From an uncultured virus (IMG/VR IMGVR_UViG_3300025849_000011) (taxonomy: Duplodnaviria > Heunggongvirae > Uroviricota > Caudoviricetes), in IMG/VR virus record IMGVR_UViG_3300025849_000011: a stretch of 20,000 nucleotides of DNA. One strand, given 5' to 3'. The position numbers were made by a program, and so were the translations under genes. This document shows positions 1 to 8,833 of the stretch, piece by piece (positions within the stretch are counted from its first letter, which is position 1; each line of letters begins with the position of its first letter). The notes below the pieces were generated by a model. That model was not told the DNA's origin. It worked only from the letters and a program-made list of their open reading frames with translations, and searched no databases.

Positions 1-363
1 AGTACCATCTGGTTGTATGTCAACTCCAGCACCACAAGCATGTTTCAAAAGTATTCTCTCTCCACCCGGCGTATCATTTACTTCAATTACGTGACCACAT
101 AAAGACTCATCAACTTGAACTTTGGAGTAATCATAATCATGAACTGGTTGGTAACCCATACCTTTTCCAGGAATACCATTTTTAATATTTAAATTATTTG
201 TATTTTCACCTCTAGCAGATTCATTTATAGAACTTTTTCCAGTATATTCTGCTTTTGGAAACTGATTTGAGGGATCAAGAAAACCTTTTCCAACGCCTTG
301 ATTTTCATTGGCAAATGGAAAATTCTTTTCTCTGGTTATAATATCATCTATCTCTGTTGTCAT
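1..363 (-). CDS. gp5 C-terminal part (baseplate spike, start of the beta-helix), partial: runs off the left edge
   Basis: Not in the ORF track. Hand translation from ATG at 363: MTTEIDDIITREKNFPFANENQGVGKGFLDPSNQFPK...DESLCGHVIEVNDTPGGERILLKHACGAGVDIQPDGT. This matches recalled T4 gp5 motifs GFSDPTGQYP and ESGHIQEFDDTPGQER. SD-like GAGGG lies upstream. Confidence 0.88.
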   Translation of the reverse strand, partial: MTTEIDDIITREKNFPFANENQGVGKGFLDPSNQFPKAEYTGKSSINESARGENTNNLNIKNGIPGKGMGYQPVHDYDYSKVQVDESLCGHVIEVNDTPGGERILLKHACGAGVDIQPDGT

Positions 364-366
364 ATT

Positions 367-2277
367 TTACCCTCTATTAAGTTTTGCCATGCTGCCTTGA
401 CTCCGTTCCATTTCAGCATATCTTGCTACAGTTGCTGGATCACTAATTTGAACTAGTATTCTTCTGCTTGTGCCACCCACTATATGTTCCCATATTTGAT
501 AAACATTTGTGTCAAACCCCTTTTCGTAGAACTGGTGTCCAGTATATTCAGTGAATTTTTTTCCAATTGGATATCGGCTTGCATCTTTCCAATCTTCAGT
601 TACATATTGAAAATCATACATTTCTGGATAGGATGCGTGTTGAGAAAATCCTTTTGATTCTGCAAGATACTGTGAACCCACAAAAGGACCATCTCGCGCA
701 TTCGCTTTAGGTTCAATAACTTCTTGAGTCTGTGGAGCAACTGCATTTGATACTGAAACATCTCTTATACCAGTTGCAATTACTGATGGACTTATAGAAC
801 TTTTTCGTCCTTCAATGCTTAGATTTCTTTTTTTAAAATGTTTAAATACGAAATTTTCCATAGATATTCCCGGATCAATTTTATTATCTGGATCAGTGTC
901 GTTATGACCCCAGACTTGACCTCCTGAGTGAATTGAATAAAACGCCCTTAAAAAGTTTTTGAGTGAAGCCCATTGTGCGTTATTTATTGATGAACTATTT
1001 GCGAACTTATCTGGATTTTTAGTTCCACTGGCGCAATTATATCCACCAACAAGACATATACCGACACTAAAATTATTATGCCCCCCAGTTTTAGCATGTG
1101 CGCCAACTTCGTTTAATGGTCTACCCCTTTGTAATGACCCATCTCTACGAATAACATAATGATATCCTATACCAGAAAAATCTCTAGCCTTGTGCCACTG
1201 ATCAATTTCTTCTGCACCGATATTTTGATTAATATATGTGGCACTCCAATGAACAACAACCTCACTGATTTCCCTTGTAGCACCTCTAAATTCTGATATT
1301 ATTTCTTCATAAGAATGAATTCTTGTGAAAGTATATTTTTCATCTGGGTTTTTCCATGCTTGTTCAGTCTTAGTTGATACCCTATTACCCAAAGTTTTCT
1401 TTTGTACTGATAAACTACCAGAATTAACCATATTTGTAATAGATGGGTCTAGCAAACCAATCGTGTCTTGTAAAATTGATATGTTATCAAGGGGGAACGC
1501 TTTTGAAATCTTTTCTGATATTAGTCGCGACACTATATCGTTTCTTCCATCTAAAACATTTTGTAATGTTTCTAATTGTTCTGATGCATTCAATAGACCT
1601 TTAGATAATGAAGTTATTTCATTACTAATAACAGGATTGGTATTTTCTAACAATCTATTTATAATTCCACCCTTTACATCTGCTAAATTATTATTAATTT
1701 GAGATTCAAAATCGGAAGCGGCATTTTTAAACTTATCTTCAATTCCACCAATCCCTTGTGCGACTGTACTTAAACTACTCAACATATCAGTTACTGATGA
1801 AAGAGCATCTATAGAATTTCCAGTTAGTTCACTTAAAGCACTAGCATTAGGTAGTTTTCCTATTACGGACTCTAAATTGGCGGCAATTGATGCTGGCGCA
1901 GGTGAAGTTATTATTTGGTTTAATTGTATTGGAGTAGAAGATAAATCCGAACTCAACCCAGTAAGAGCCTCAAGTATAACAGGCCCAGAAGGAATTTTTT
2001 GTAAATCTGAAAATCCTTCAAGTTCTGAAGTTATTTTAGCAACACCCAAATTCTCAACTAAAGAGTTTGGGTCTAAGTAATCAACCTCTTGAACTAAAGA
2101 TTGAATTCCACCTACAATCTCATCAACCTTACCCCCAAGTGGTGTAGACCTAACATTTGTTATATTTTTAGCAGAAGTTAAAATATTATCAGCAGTCGCA
2201 GATAGATCAGAAACATTTTTTAAATTACTTAACGCTTGATTTACTTGAGAAAAATCTATACTATTTGTTAATGGCAT
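367..2277 (-). CDS. Virion-associated N-acetylmuramoyl-L-alanine amidase (Amidase_2/T7-lysozyme/PGRP-like domain) with a long Ser/Leu-rich N-terminal region
   Basis: Motifs VVVHWSAT, IDQWHKARDFSGIGYHYVIRRDGSLQRGRP, VGAHA, SVGICLVGG, VWGHND and KIDPG. Located between the two gp5 parts; SD GGAG upstream. Confidence 0.88.
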   Translation of the reverse strand: MPLTNSIDFSQVNQALSNLKNVSDLSATADNILTSAKNITNVRSTPLGGKVDEIVGGIQSLVQEVDYLDPNSLVENLGVAKITSELEGFSDLQKIPSGPVILEALTGLSSDLSSTPIQLNQIITSPAPASIAANLESVIGKLPNASALSELTGNSIDALSSVTDMLSSLSTVAQGIGGIEDKFKNAASDFESQINNNLADVKGGIINRLLENTNPVISNEITSLSKGLLNASEQLETLQNVLDGRNDIVSRLISEKISKAFPLDNISILQDTIGLLDPSITNMVNSGSLSVQKKTLGNRVSTKTEQAWKNPDEKYTFTRIHSYEEIISEFRGATREISEVVVHWSATYINQNIGAEEIDQWHKARDFSGIGYHYVIRRDGSLQRGRPLNEVGAHAKTGGHNNFSVGICLVGGYNCASGTKNPDKFANSSSINNAQWASLKNFLRAFYSIHSGGQVWGHNDTDPDNKIDPGISMENFVFKHFKKRNLSIEGRKSSISPSVIATGIRDVSVSNAVAPQTQEVIEPKANARDGPFVGSQYLAESKGFSQHASYPEMYDFQYVTEDWKDASRYPIGKKFTEYTGHQFYEKGFDTNVYQIWEHIVGGTSRRILVQISDPATVARYAEMERSQGSMAKLNRG

Positions 2278-2280
2278 CTA

Positions 2281-3159
2281 TTATTCTCCTGCTTGCGGTT
2301 CATATTCATCAACTGTTGTTATATAAGTAGCAAAAACTTCTCTTGCAAACTTAAATCTTTCTGGATGTGAACCCAACTTTGGTATTTCATATTTTCTTTC
2401 CCATACCCATGCAGAATCTTTTATAGTTTTGGCATTTTTCATTGCAGTATAAACATGCTTGTGAGTTCCCCGTAATTCCACCATAACAAATTGAAGTTGT
2501 GTATCTAAATCATCCCAAGTTAATCCATTTGTATCTGCAAAAGAATGAAGTGCTTTTGCTCTCACAGAATTCCATTGGGCGATACCTATACTATCACTAC
2601 CATCTCTACCGTCACCTGCATTTCTTGCCTTAGTACTCATTTTTGGTGTAGATTCAACCATAAAATTTCCAACTATTCCTGCTGATTGTTCTGGGGAAAA
2701 TCCTTGACTTAAAAAATAATGATATGATATCTCTGGATTACTACCACCAGGTAAGTTCAACTTTTTAACTTTTCCATCATAATAGTCTTTCGGTTGATAA
2801 TTTTCAATGTAACCTTCATCATAACCATGTATCGGTGGGCTATTCCATTCAGATTCCATAGTAGGGATTGATCCTATAACAAGTGGATTTTGAGAATTAG
2901 TACCATCAGTAAAAAAACCAACTACCATTGCACCAGGCTGAAGTCTAGGCATTTTCCCTATGCCAGAAATACCACCTTCTGTTGTTGGAAGCATTACTTG
3001 CGACCAAGGAAGATCATTTAAAGGAATGTCTGTTAATCTTTCACTATGGAGACCTTGTATCCTTACTCTAACTCTTCCTAGTTTTAAAGGGTCTAAGTTA
3101 TCTTCAACAATACCTACAAACCAACGCATCGTGTCACCATAAAAATCTTGTGGTTGCAT
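2281..3159 (-). CDS. gp5 N-terminal OB-fold fused to a phage tail lysozyme (Phage_lysozyme2-like) domain
   Basis: WFVGIVEDNLDPLKLGRVRVRIQGLH...LPWSQVMLPT...VVGFFTDGTNSQNPLVIGSI is the gp5 OB fold. GFSPEQSAGIVGNFMVES...SIGIAQW...LDTQLQFVMVEL...WERKYE is tail lysozyme-like. Start moved to ATG 3159, which follows a GAGGA SD. Confidence 0.88.
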   Translation of the reverse strand: MQPQDFYGDTMRWFVGIVEDNLDPLKLGRVRVRIQGLHSERLTDIPLNDLPWSQVMLPTTEGGISGIGKMPRLQPGAMVVGFFTDGTNSQNPLVIGSIPTMESEWNSPPIHGYDEGYIENYQPKDYYDGKVKKLNLPGGSNPEISYHYFLSQGFSPEQSAGIVGNFMVESTPKMSTKARNAGDGRDGSDSIGIAQWNSVRAKALHSFADTNGLTWDDLDTQLQFVMVELRGTHKHVYTAMKNAKTIKDSAWVWERKYEIPKLGSHPERFKFAREVFATYITTVDEYEPQAGE

Positions 3160-3164
3160 AATAA

Positions 3165-4499
3165 TTATCCTCTTTCTGGAGTTTTTTGTGACAAGCGACT
3201 GCACCCAACTGTTGCCATATATTTCGGTCCAGAGAATACATGCCGTACTGCATGAATCATATAAGTTCCAGATTTTTTTGGGTCATGCTGAATTTCTTTT
3301 TCAAACTCCAACATTCTTGAAAAATCTAAATTTATGGTATTACCAATGCTAACATTTTTATTTGTTTGACAGAAATTTCTTCCAGCAACTGATATATCTA
3401 TAGAAGATTTATTTAATACACCTCTTAAAGATATAGCCTTTGCTTTTAGCATATGTGCAGAAACATCATTTGCTTCACTATAATTTTTATATTCGTTTTC
3501 ATATGAATTTGTTGGAGTAATTCTAGTAATTTGCCTTGTATCATATTCTTGAATTTTTTTACTATTAAAAGTATTCGTAGTATCAATAACCAATTCTTTT
3601 TGACCTGATTTAAAAACACTACTTTTCAAGTCTTTAAGAACATCTGCCATAATATGTTTATTTTCTAATTTAGAACCTTTTACCGTATCAATGTGTGTGT
3701 ATGTGCTAGACATAAAACCTAACTGACATAACATTATAGTATTTTCGGCGTTAGACTGTGCAGTATCATTGATTATAAATGATTGTCCGTTTTCATCCAA
3801 ATTATTGTTCGCAATTCCTTGATTATAAAAGTATGGTGAATCAAGTGCGTTCAATGGTTTAGATGTTAGTATAGTTTCTAGATCAACATATCTTATCTTA
3901 TCATCAGCCAATGTTGAAAAAAGATAAAATGGCATACCACTTTTTGTTACTGCGCGTCTTTGTATCCATTCACATGCACCTAATGGTGTCAAATTTGGAA
4001 CAATTATTTTCATAGGACCATCATTATGATTTTGAGATGATATATTAAACATATCTCTGTTAAGGTGTTCCTTTAAAATATTTTTTATTATAATATCTGG
4101 AGAGCCGCTGTATGATTTAGAAACTCTTATTAATTTAGATAAAAATGAAATATCTTCTAAAACTTGTAATAAAATTACTTTGTCTTTACCATTTGTACTT
4201 AATGTGTTAATAACTTCAGTAACAATAAAATTCTTTCTTATATTTGCAAATTCAGTTTCAATCTCTACTAATAATTTTTCTGTACCAGAAAACCCTATTC
4301 TATTCATCAAGTCATCATTATCTAGTATAGCGATTTCGCCACTAATAAATGGATTATTAATGTTTTCAAATAATTTAATTTCAATGGAAACTGCACTCAA
4401 CTCAATTGAGCCTGACATTCTTTCTCCACTGATTTCACATTTTTTTAGATTATAACTGAAAGGTGATCTATTTTCTGGTTCAATACTACGAGTTTTCAT
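3165..4499 (-). CDS. Probable baseplate hub protein (gp27/gpD-like)
   Basis: 444 aa ORF between gp53 and gp5. Segments FENINNPFISGEIAILD, SKSYSG, IVPNLTPLGACEWI and SGTYMIHAVRHVF resemble hub proteins. Confidence 0.65.
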   Translation of the reverse strand: MKTRSIEPENRSPFSYNLKKCEISGERMSGSIELSAVSIEIKLFENINNPFISGEIAILDNDDLMNRIGFSGTEKLLVEIETEFANIRKNFIVTEVINTLSTNGKDKVILLQVLEDISFLSKLIRVSKSYSGSPDIIIKNILKEHLNRDMFNISSQNHNDGPMKIIVPNLTPLGACEWIQRRAVTKSGMPFYLFSTLADDKIRYVDLETILTSKPLNALDSPYFYNQGIANNNLDENGQSFIINDTAQSNAENTIMLCQLGFMSSTYTHIDTVKGSKLENKHIMADVLKDLKSSVFKSGQKELVIDTTNTFNSKKIQEYDTRQITRITPTNSYENEYKNYSEANDVSAHMLKAKAISLRGVLNKSSIDISVAGRNFCQTNKNVSIGNTINLDFSRMLEFEKEIQHDPKKSGTYMIHAVRHVFSGPKYMATVGCSRLSQKTPERG

Positions 4500-4502
4500 A
4501 AT

Positions 4503-5222
4503 TTAGTCCACCAATAATGATAGTTTATAATTATCATATATCTCTAAAATATTATCTGCTTTTATGACACGTATTACTTTAGTTTCATTATTTAATTTTT
4601 GATAATAATCAAGATGTGTGACCTCAGTGTTTGAACCACCTCCGACTGTCGGATCAATATCAACTTGATCACCAGAGGCATTAGTAAAATATCTGGCTGC
4701 AAGATGTTCACTTGAATGTGATTGTAGAGTTATTGATTGAGTAGAATCTCCAGTTTTCTGAATAGTTTCGCCGTTAGTAAACGATTTAGTACCTTTTACA
4801 ACAATATGACCTAAGTTCACATCTCTGTCAATAATCTCAGCAACTGTAGTAGAAGTAACTCCTGTAATGCTATCACCTATTTGCATTTTGGTAAAAAAGT
4901 AATCTCTTGTAACCAAAGTTGTATTTGGATGTTTTTTCTTTGACCAAGTAACCACATCATTTGACCGTATTGGAAATCCATTTCTACGAATTTTATCATT
5001 CATAAGATAAAATGTCCAGTAATATTTGGTTGATCCATATAATTTTTGTGAAAGAGTATCTGGCCTTTCGCCTTCAATAATTTCATATTTTTCATATATA
5101 GAAATATTATTTTTTAACTCATCTATAACATCTACATATGCCGATATATTTTGAATTATGGAAGGATCAGTTTCATCCCCAAAGTTATACAACTCTATTG
5201 GAAATCTGTTAAAAAATGTCAT
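4503..5222 (-). CDS. gp53: Baseplate wedge subunit gp53
   Basis: YEIIEGERPDTLSQKLYGSTKYYWTFYLMN motif, C-terminal NNETKVIRVIK, and synteny. Confidence 0.9.
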   Translation of the reverse strand: MTFFNRFPIELYNFGDETDPSIIQNISAYVDVIDELKNNISIYEKYEIIEGERPDTLSQKLYGSTKYYWTFYLMNDKIRRNGFPIRSNDVVTWSKKKHPNTTLVTRDYFFTKMQIGDSITGVTSTTVAEIIDRDVNLGHIVVKGTKSFTNGETIQKTGDSTQSITLQSHSSEHLAARYFTNASGDQVDIDPTVGGGSNTEVTHLDYYQKLNNETKVIRVIKADNILEIYDNYKLSLLVD

Positions 5223-6214
5223 TATCCTACCCCCATTCCATCAAACATCGTCCTAGCATTTGTCTGATCAAAATCTTGTCTGGTGAATGTTTCACTTTCA
5301 ACAAACGACATACTAATATCAACTTCAGAATAATCACCCCCAGCATGAAAACCAGAACTTCCAGAATTATAGGTAGCATTAAATGATTTCATATGCATAT
5401 CTTTAAATATAAATGCTTCATTAGTGTGGTCCATTTCTTTTGTATCATAAAGTAAGTGGATTCTAAACATAGGTGGAAACCTGTATCCGACAACAATACC
5501 ACCTCTAACTATTCCTTCTGGATATAAATTTTTTCTGAACCAATTAATGATATCCTTAATTTCTTCTGCCTCAATTTTTGAGTTTGGGATAAGTTTAAAT
5601 GACCAAGAAAATTCTCTTAAATTAACAGATTTAAATATTGCTCTCATATTAGGATTTGGTGTTGTTTGCAAAGATGATCTTACTGCACCACCCGCTGAAC
5701 CAAATTTATTTACGAGTTTTGAAATTCCTACTCTTGCTAAGTCTTGGCTTTCAAATTCACTTCTCATAATTTTTGCAGCATCTGTAAAAATACTAGATTC
5801 TTTAAGTGCCTTACCAACTGCTGCAACACCACCAGAACCACTATTTAAAATGTCATTTAAACCAGTAGCAAATGTTCCGAACTCCATATTTTCATACGCA
5901 ACACCGTCTTGTATCTGAATTGATGGTGGCATATATAAATGACAAGTTTCACCACTTCTTCTTTTTACTTGTCTTTTCAGTATTTCTTTAGTATTAAATG
6001 ATAATTTTTGTGAAAAACTTCCACCTAAATCAAGAAAATTCTGAAATTCTTCTGGAGCAATCGCTCCAAAATTAGAAGCATCAGTAGAATTTGCAGCGTG
6101 AGCATTTATGACACTTCCCACCTCAATAGGATCAATCACTAATGTTTCAAACCGTATTCTCGCTTTATAACGATCTCTCTCATGGATTGGGAATTCTAGT
6201 CTATTTCCTGGCAT
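5222..6214 (-). CDS. gp48: Baseplate tail-tube cap gp48
   Basis: LYMPPSIQIQDGVAYE, PNPNMRAIFKSVNLREFSWSFKLIPNSKIEAEEIKDIINWFR and ISMSFVE. Start placed at ATG 6214 (MPGNRLEFP), downstream of the late promoter. Confidence 0.88.
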   Translation of the reverse strand: MPGNRLEFPIHERDRYKARIRFETLVIDPIEVGSVINAHAANSTDASNFGAIAPEEFQNFLDLGGSFSQKLSFNTKEILKRQVKRRSGETCHLYMPPSIQIQDGVAYENMEFGTFATGLNDILNSGSGGVAAVGKALKESSIFTDAAKIMRSEFESQDLARVGISKLVNKFGSAGGAVRSSLQTTPNPNMRAIFKSVNLREFSWSFKLIPNSKIEAEEIKDIINWFRKNLYPEGIVRGGIVVGYRFPPMFRIHLLYDTKEMDHTNEAFIFKDMHMKSFNATYNSGSSGFHAGGDYSEVDISMSFVESETFTRQDFDQTNARTMFDGMGVG

Positions 6215-6224
6215 GTTTTTTTTC

Positions 6225-6232
6225 CATAAATA
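6225..6232 (+). promoter_or_regulatory. T4-type late promoter variant CATAAATA for gp4
   Basis: One mismatch to TATAAATA, intergenic, about 25-30 nt upstream of the gp4 start. Confidence 0.55.
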
Positions 6233-6247
6233 CATTAATACTACCAT

Positions 6248-6255
6248 TATTTATA
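6248..6255 (-). promoter_or_regulatory. T4-type late promoter TATAAATA for the gp48-gp53-hub-gp5 operon
   Basis: Perfect consensus on the minus strand, 33 nt upstream of the gp48 ATG. Confidence 0.75.
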
Positions 6256-6263
6256 TGAGAAAA

Positions 6264-6746
6264 ATGAGAACACACAAAGGCAAATATAAAATAAAAAATC
6301 GTAAAAAGTACAAAGGTGATGCTGATAATATTATATATCGTTCTGGATGGGAAAGATATGCATTTCAGTGGTGTGACACTCAACCACAAATTACTGAATG
6401 GTCATCCGAGGAAGTAGTAGTACCCTACTACTATGAAGTTGATAAAAAGTATCATAGATACTTCATGGACTTAAAAATAAAACTCAACGGTAAAATTTAT
6501 CTCATAGAAATAAAACCAGATTCACAAACTAAACCACCTAAAGTGCCATCTCGCAAAACTAAGCGTTATATTAATGAAGGCATGACTTATGTAAAAAATA
6601 TGAATAAGTGGAAAGCAGCAGACCAATATGCTAAAGATAGAGGGTGGACATTTGAAATCTGGACTGAAAAAACATTGACGAAGATGGGTATTATGCCTAA
6701 ACAACCGAAACCGCTTCCAAAGTTGAAAAAATTAAAACGTCTATAA
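6264..6746 (+). CDS. gp4: Head completion protein gp4 (TnsA-like nuclease fold)
   Basis: KGKYKIKNRKKYKGD, IIYRSGWE, WSSEEVVVPY, HRYFMD, IEIKP, NMNKWKAA. Start is at 6255 or 6264. Confidence 0.92.
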   Translation: MRTHKGKYKIKNRKKYKGDADNIIYRSGWERYAFQWCDTQPQITEWSSEEVVVPYYYEVDKKYHRYFMDLKIKLNGKIYLIEIKPDSQTKPPKVPSRKTKRYINEGMTYVKNMNKWKAADQYAKDRGWTFEIWTEKTLTKMGIMPKQPKPLPKLKKLKRL

Positions 6747-6751
6747 ATTGA

Positions 6752-6759
6752 TATAAATA
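6752..6759 (+). promoter_or_regulatory. T4-type late promoter TATAAATA
   Basis: Perfect consensus in the gp4-gp2 intergenic gap, 25 nt upstream of ATG 6785. Confidence 0.8.
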
Positions 6760-6784
6760 ACAGTGAATAACTTTGGGAATATAA

Positions 6785-7369
6785 ATGTCTAATCTGTTTC
6801 AAAATTTAGAAGTACAAGCGTTCAGAGCGGGAATTACGCCTAGAACTAAGGAGTCAATTTCTTGGTTCAAAGATAAAGCATCTAAAATGGGAAAAATAAA
6901 TAGAAATGAACTCATGAAAGATGAGACTCTTAGACTTCAAAATCGGCAAGCAGTCGGCAAGATGTTTATGTACTTCTATGACCCAAAAGGCAAAGATACA
7001 CTACCGTACTACGATAGTTTTCCGCTCACTATAATTGTTGGTAAAGCAAAGGGTGGATTCGCTGGACTAAATCTACACTATCTACCCATGACTTTAAGAG
7101 CAAAATTTCTTGATAGTTTATTAGAAATTACAAATAATAAAAAATATAATGATACAACCAAATTTAAAATGTCGTATGAATTACTTCAAGGGGCGGCAAA
7201 ATTTAAATACTTCAAACCTTGCTATAAGCACTATTTAGCAAATCATGTAAGAAGTCGTTTTGCTTTGGTTCCAGCACCAGAATGGGAAATCGCGACCTTT
7301 TTACCAACTGCTGATTTTCAGAAAATGTCTCAAGCAAAAGTACATAAAATATCAAGAGGTATGATCTAA
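6785..7369 (+). CDS. gp2: DNA end protector protein gp2
   Basis: GKMFMYFYDPKGKDTLPYYDSFPL, GLNLHYLP, KPCYKHYL and WEIATFLPTADF. Confidence 0.92.
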   Translation: MSNLFQNLEVQAFRAGITPRTKESISWFKDKASKMGKINRNELMKDETLRLQNRQAVGKMFMYFYDPKGKDTLPYYDSFPLTIIVGKAKGGFAGLNLHYLPMTLRAKFLDSLLEITNNKKYNDTTKFKMSYELLQGAAKFKYFKPCYKHYLANHVRSRFALVPAPEWEIATFLPTADFQKMSQAKVHKISRGMI

Positions 7370-7932
7370 TGCAAGCACAAACTATAGAAAATTTCAAAAG
7401 TGGCATCAGAGAAGGAATTTCAAGATCAAACCTTTTTCATGTAGAATTACCTTCAATTTCTGGCGTAAATATAGATGCTAATGATTTGAATATACTTTGT
7501 AAAAATGTTGCTCTACCATCAAGACAAATCTCAACAGTAGATAGGGTTATTGGGATTGTAACTGAAAAAGTTGCGAACACATTCATAACAGATGATATTA
7601 ACTTATCTTTTCATGTAACTAACGACTACAACATAAAAAGGTATATTGAAAGTTGGATGAATCTAGCGGTAGACAATGAAACTTATGAGTTAGGATATAA
7701 GTATGGCACAAATGGGTATGGTAAAGAAGTAGTAATACATCAACTTGCTCATAATAATAGAAAGACATTTATTCCAAGTGGAACGGGAATGCAATTATCA
7801 AAAAAAGTATATACGTGTGTACTTGAAAGAGCGTTTCCAACTACTTTGAGTTCAATTGAATTAACTAATGAATTAGATGGGCTTGTTGAAGTAAGTCTAT
7901 CATTGACGTATACAAATTGGAGAAGTAAATAA
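7369..7932 (+). CDS. Tail-tube initiator gp54-like protein (gp19/gp54 fold)
   Basis: GISRSNLFHVELP, LCKNVALPSR, YIESWMN, LERAFPTTLSSIEL and SLTYTNW; position between gp2 and gp26. Confidence 0.78.
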   Translation: MQAQTIENFKSGIREGISRSNLFHVELPSISGVNIDANDLNILCKNVALPSRQISTVDRVIGIVTEKVANTFITDDINLSFHVTNDYNIKRYIESWMNLAVDNETYELGYKYGTNGYGKEVVIHQLAHNNRKTFIPSGTGMQLSKKVYTCVLERAFPTTLSSIELTNELDGLVEVSLSLTYTNWRSK

Positions 7933-8639
7933 TGGCACTACCAAAACTAAATGATAAACCAAAATATGAATTAACGATTCCATCAACCAAGACAAAGGTA
8001 AAGTTTAGACCTTATTTGGTTAAAGAAGAAAAAGTGTTAATGTTGGCAATGGAGTCTGAAGATAAAAGGGCAACAGTAAATGCTATTGTTGATACTATTA
8101 TGGCGTGTCTTGAAGGTGATGTTGACCAAAATAAATTAACCTCTTTTGATGTTGAATATATGTTTCTCAAACTTAGGTCAAAATCTGTAGGAGAGAACGC
8201 CAATGTCACAATAAAATGTGAAGAATGTGAGGCCGACAATCCAGTACCAATTGACCTATCTACAATTGAGGTTACCGAACAATCTGTTAGTAGTAAAATA
8301 AAGATTACAGAAGATATGGTTTTACACATGGGCTATCCAAATTTTAAATCTATCATGGATGCTGATGGAGATGATACACTGAGCGACACAGTAAAGACTT
8401 TTCAAATGATTAGTAAATGTATGAAAGTTTTGGAAACAGCAGAAGAAAGATATGATCTTGCAGATGAGAGCCAAGATGAAATTCAAGATTTTATTGGATC
8501 ACTATCATCAACTCAATTTGATAAAGTAAAAGAGTGGATTCAGACTATGCCAAAATTGTCTGAAACTGTAAATTTTAATTGCGTAAAATGCAATCACTCA
8601 AACGAATTTACATTAGAAGGATTAGATGATTTTTTTTAA
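7932..8639 (+). CDS. gp26: Baseplate hub assembly chaperone gp26
   Basis: MALPKL..PKYELTIPS, FRPYLVKEEKVLMLA, FDVEYMFLKLRSKSVGE, two CxxC pairs, C-terminal LEGLDDFF. Confidence 0.92.
   Translation: MALPKLNDKPKYELTIPSTKTKVKFRPYLVKEEKVLMLAMESEDKRATVNAIVDTIMACLEGDVDQNKLTSFDVEYMFLKLRSKSVGENANVTIKCEECEADNPVPIDLSTIEVTEQSVSSKIKITEDMVLHMGYPNFKSIMDADGDDTLSDTVKTFQMISKCMKVLETAEERYDLADESQDEIQDFIGSLSSTQFDKVKEWIQTMPKLSETVNFNCVKCNHSNEFTLEGLDDFF
8630..8636 (+). other. Putative -1 ribosomal frameshift slippery heptamer T TTT TTT
   Basis: GAT TTT TTT TAA ends gp26. The -1 frame is closed by TGA at 8627-8629 and opens exactly at 8630. Confidence 0.7.
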
Positions 8640-8824
8640 TTGCTCTTTCTCATGATAACCTGTTAAGTCATTATAAGACCAATTTTCAATTAATGCAAGA
8701 TCACAAATATTCGTTAACAGAACTTGATAATATGATGCCGTGGGAAAGAGAGATATACATTACATTATTGATACAACACGTTGAGGAAGAAAATGACCGA
8801 ATAAAAGCACAACAGCAGAACTAG
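8636..8824 (+). CDS. gp51: gp51-like baseplate assembly ORF, probably the -1 frameshift extension of gp26 (first in-frame ATG only at 8693)
   Basis: Hand translation: LIALSHDNLLSHYKTNFQLMQDHKYSLTELDNMMPWEREIYITLLIQHVEEENDRIKAQQQN*. The YKTNF.LMQ.HKYSLTELENMMPWEREIY pattern is typical of the short gp51 ORFs of marine T4-like phages. Confidence 0.85.
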   Translation, partial: LIALSHDNLLSHYKTNFQLMQDHKYSLTELDNMMPWEREIYITLLIQHVEEENDRIKAQQQN

Positions 8825-8833
8825 GAATATAAA

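Noticed and set aside
361..2283. Stop-codon readthrough or recoding joining the in-frame gp5 pieces
   Set aside because: One junction is a double stop (TAA TAG), each downstream ORF has its own SD, the gp53/hub junction has the same 3 nt spacing, and all three stop codons act normally elsewhere in the window.
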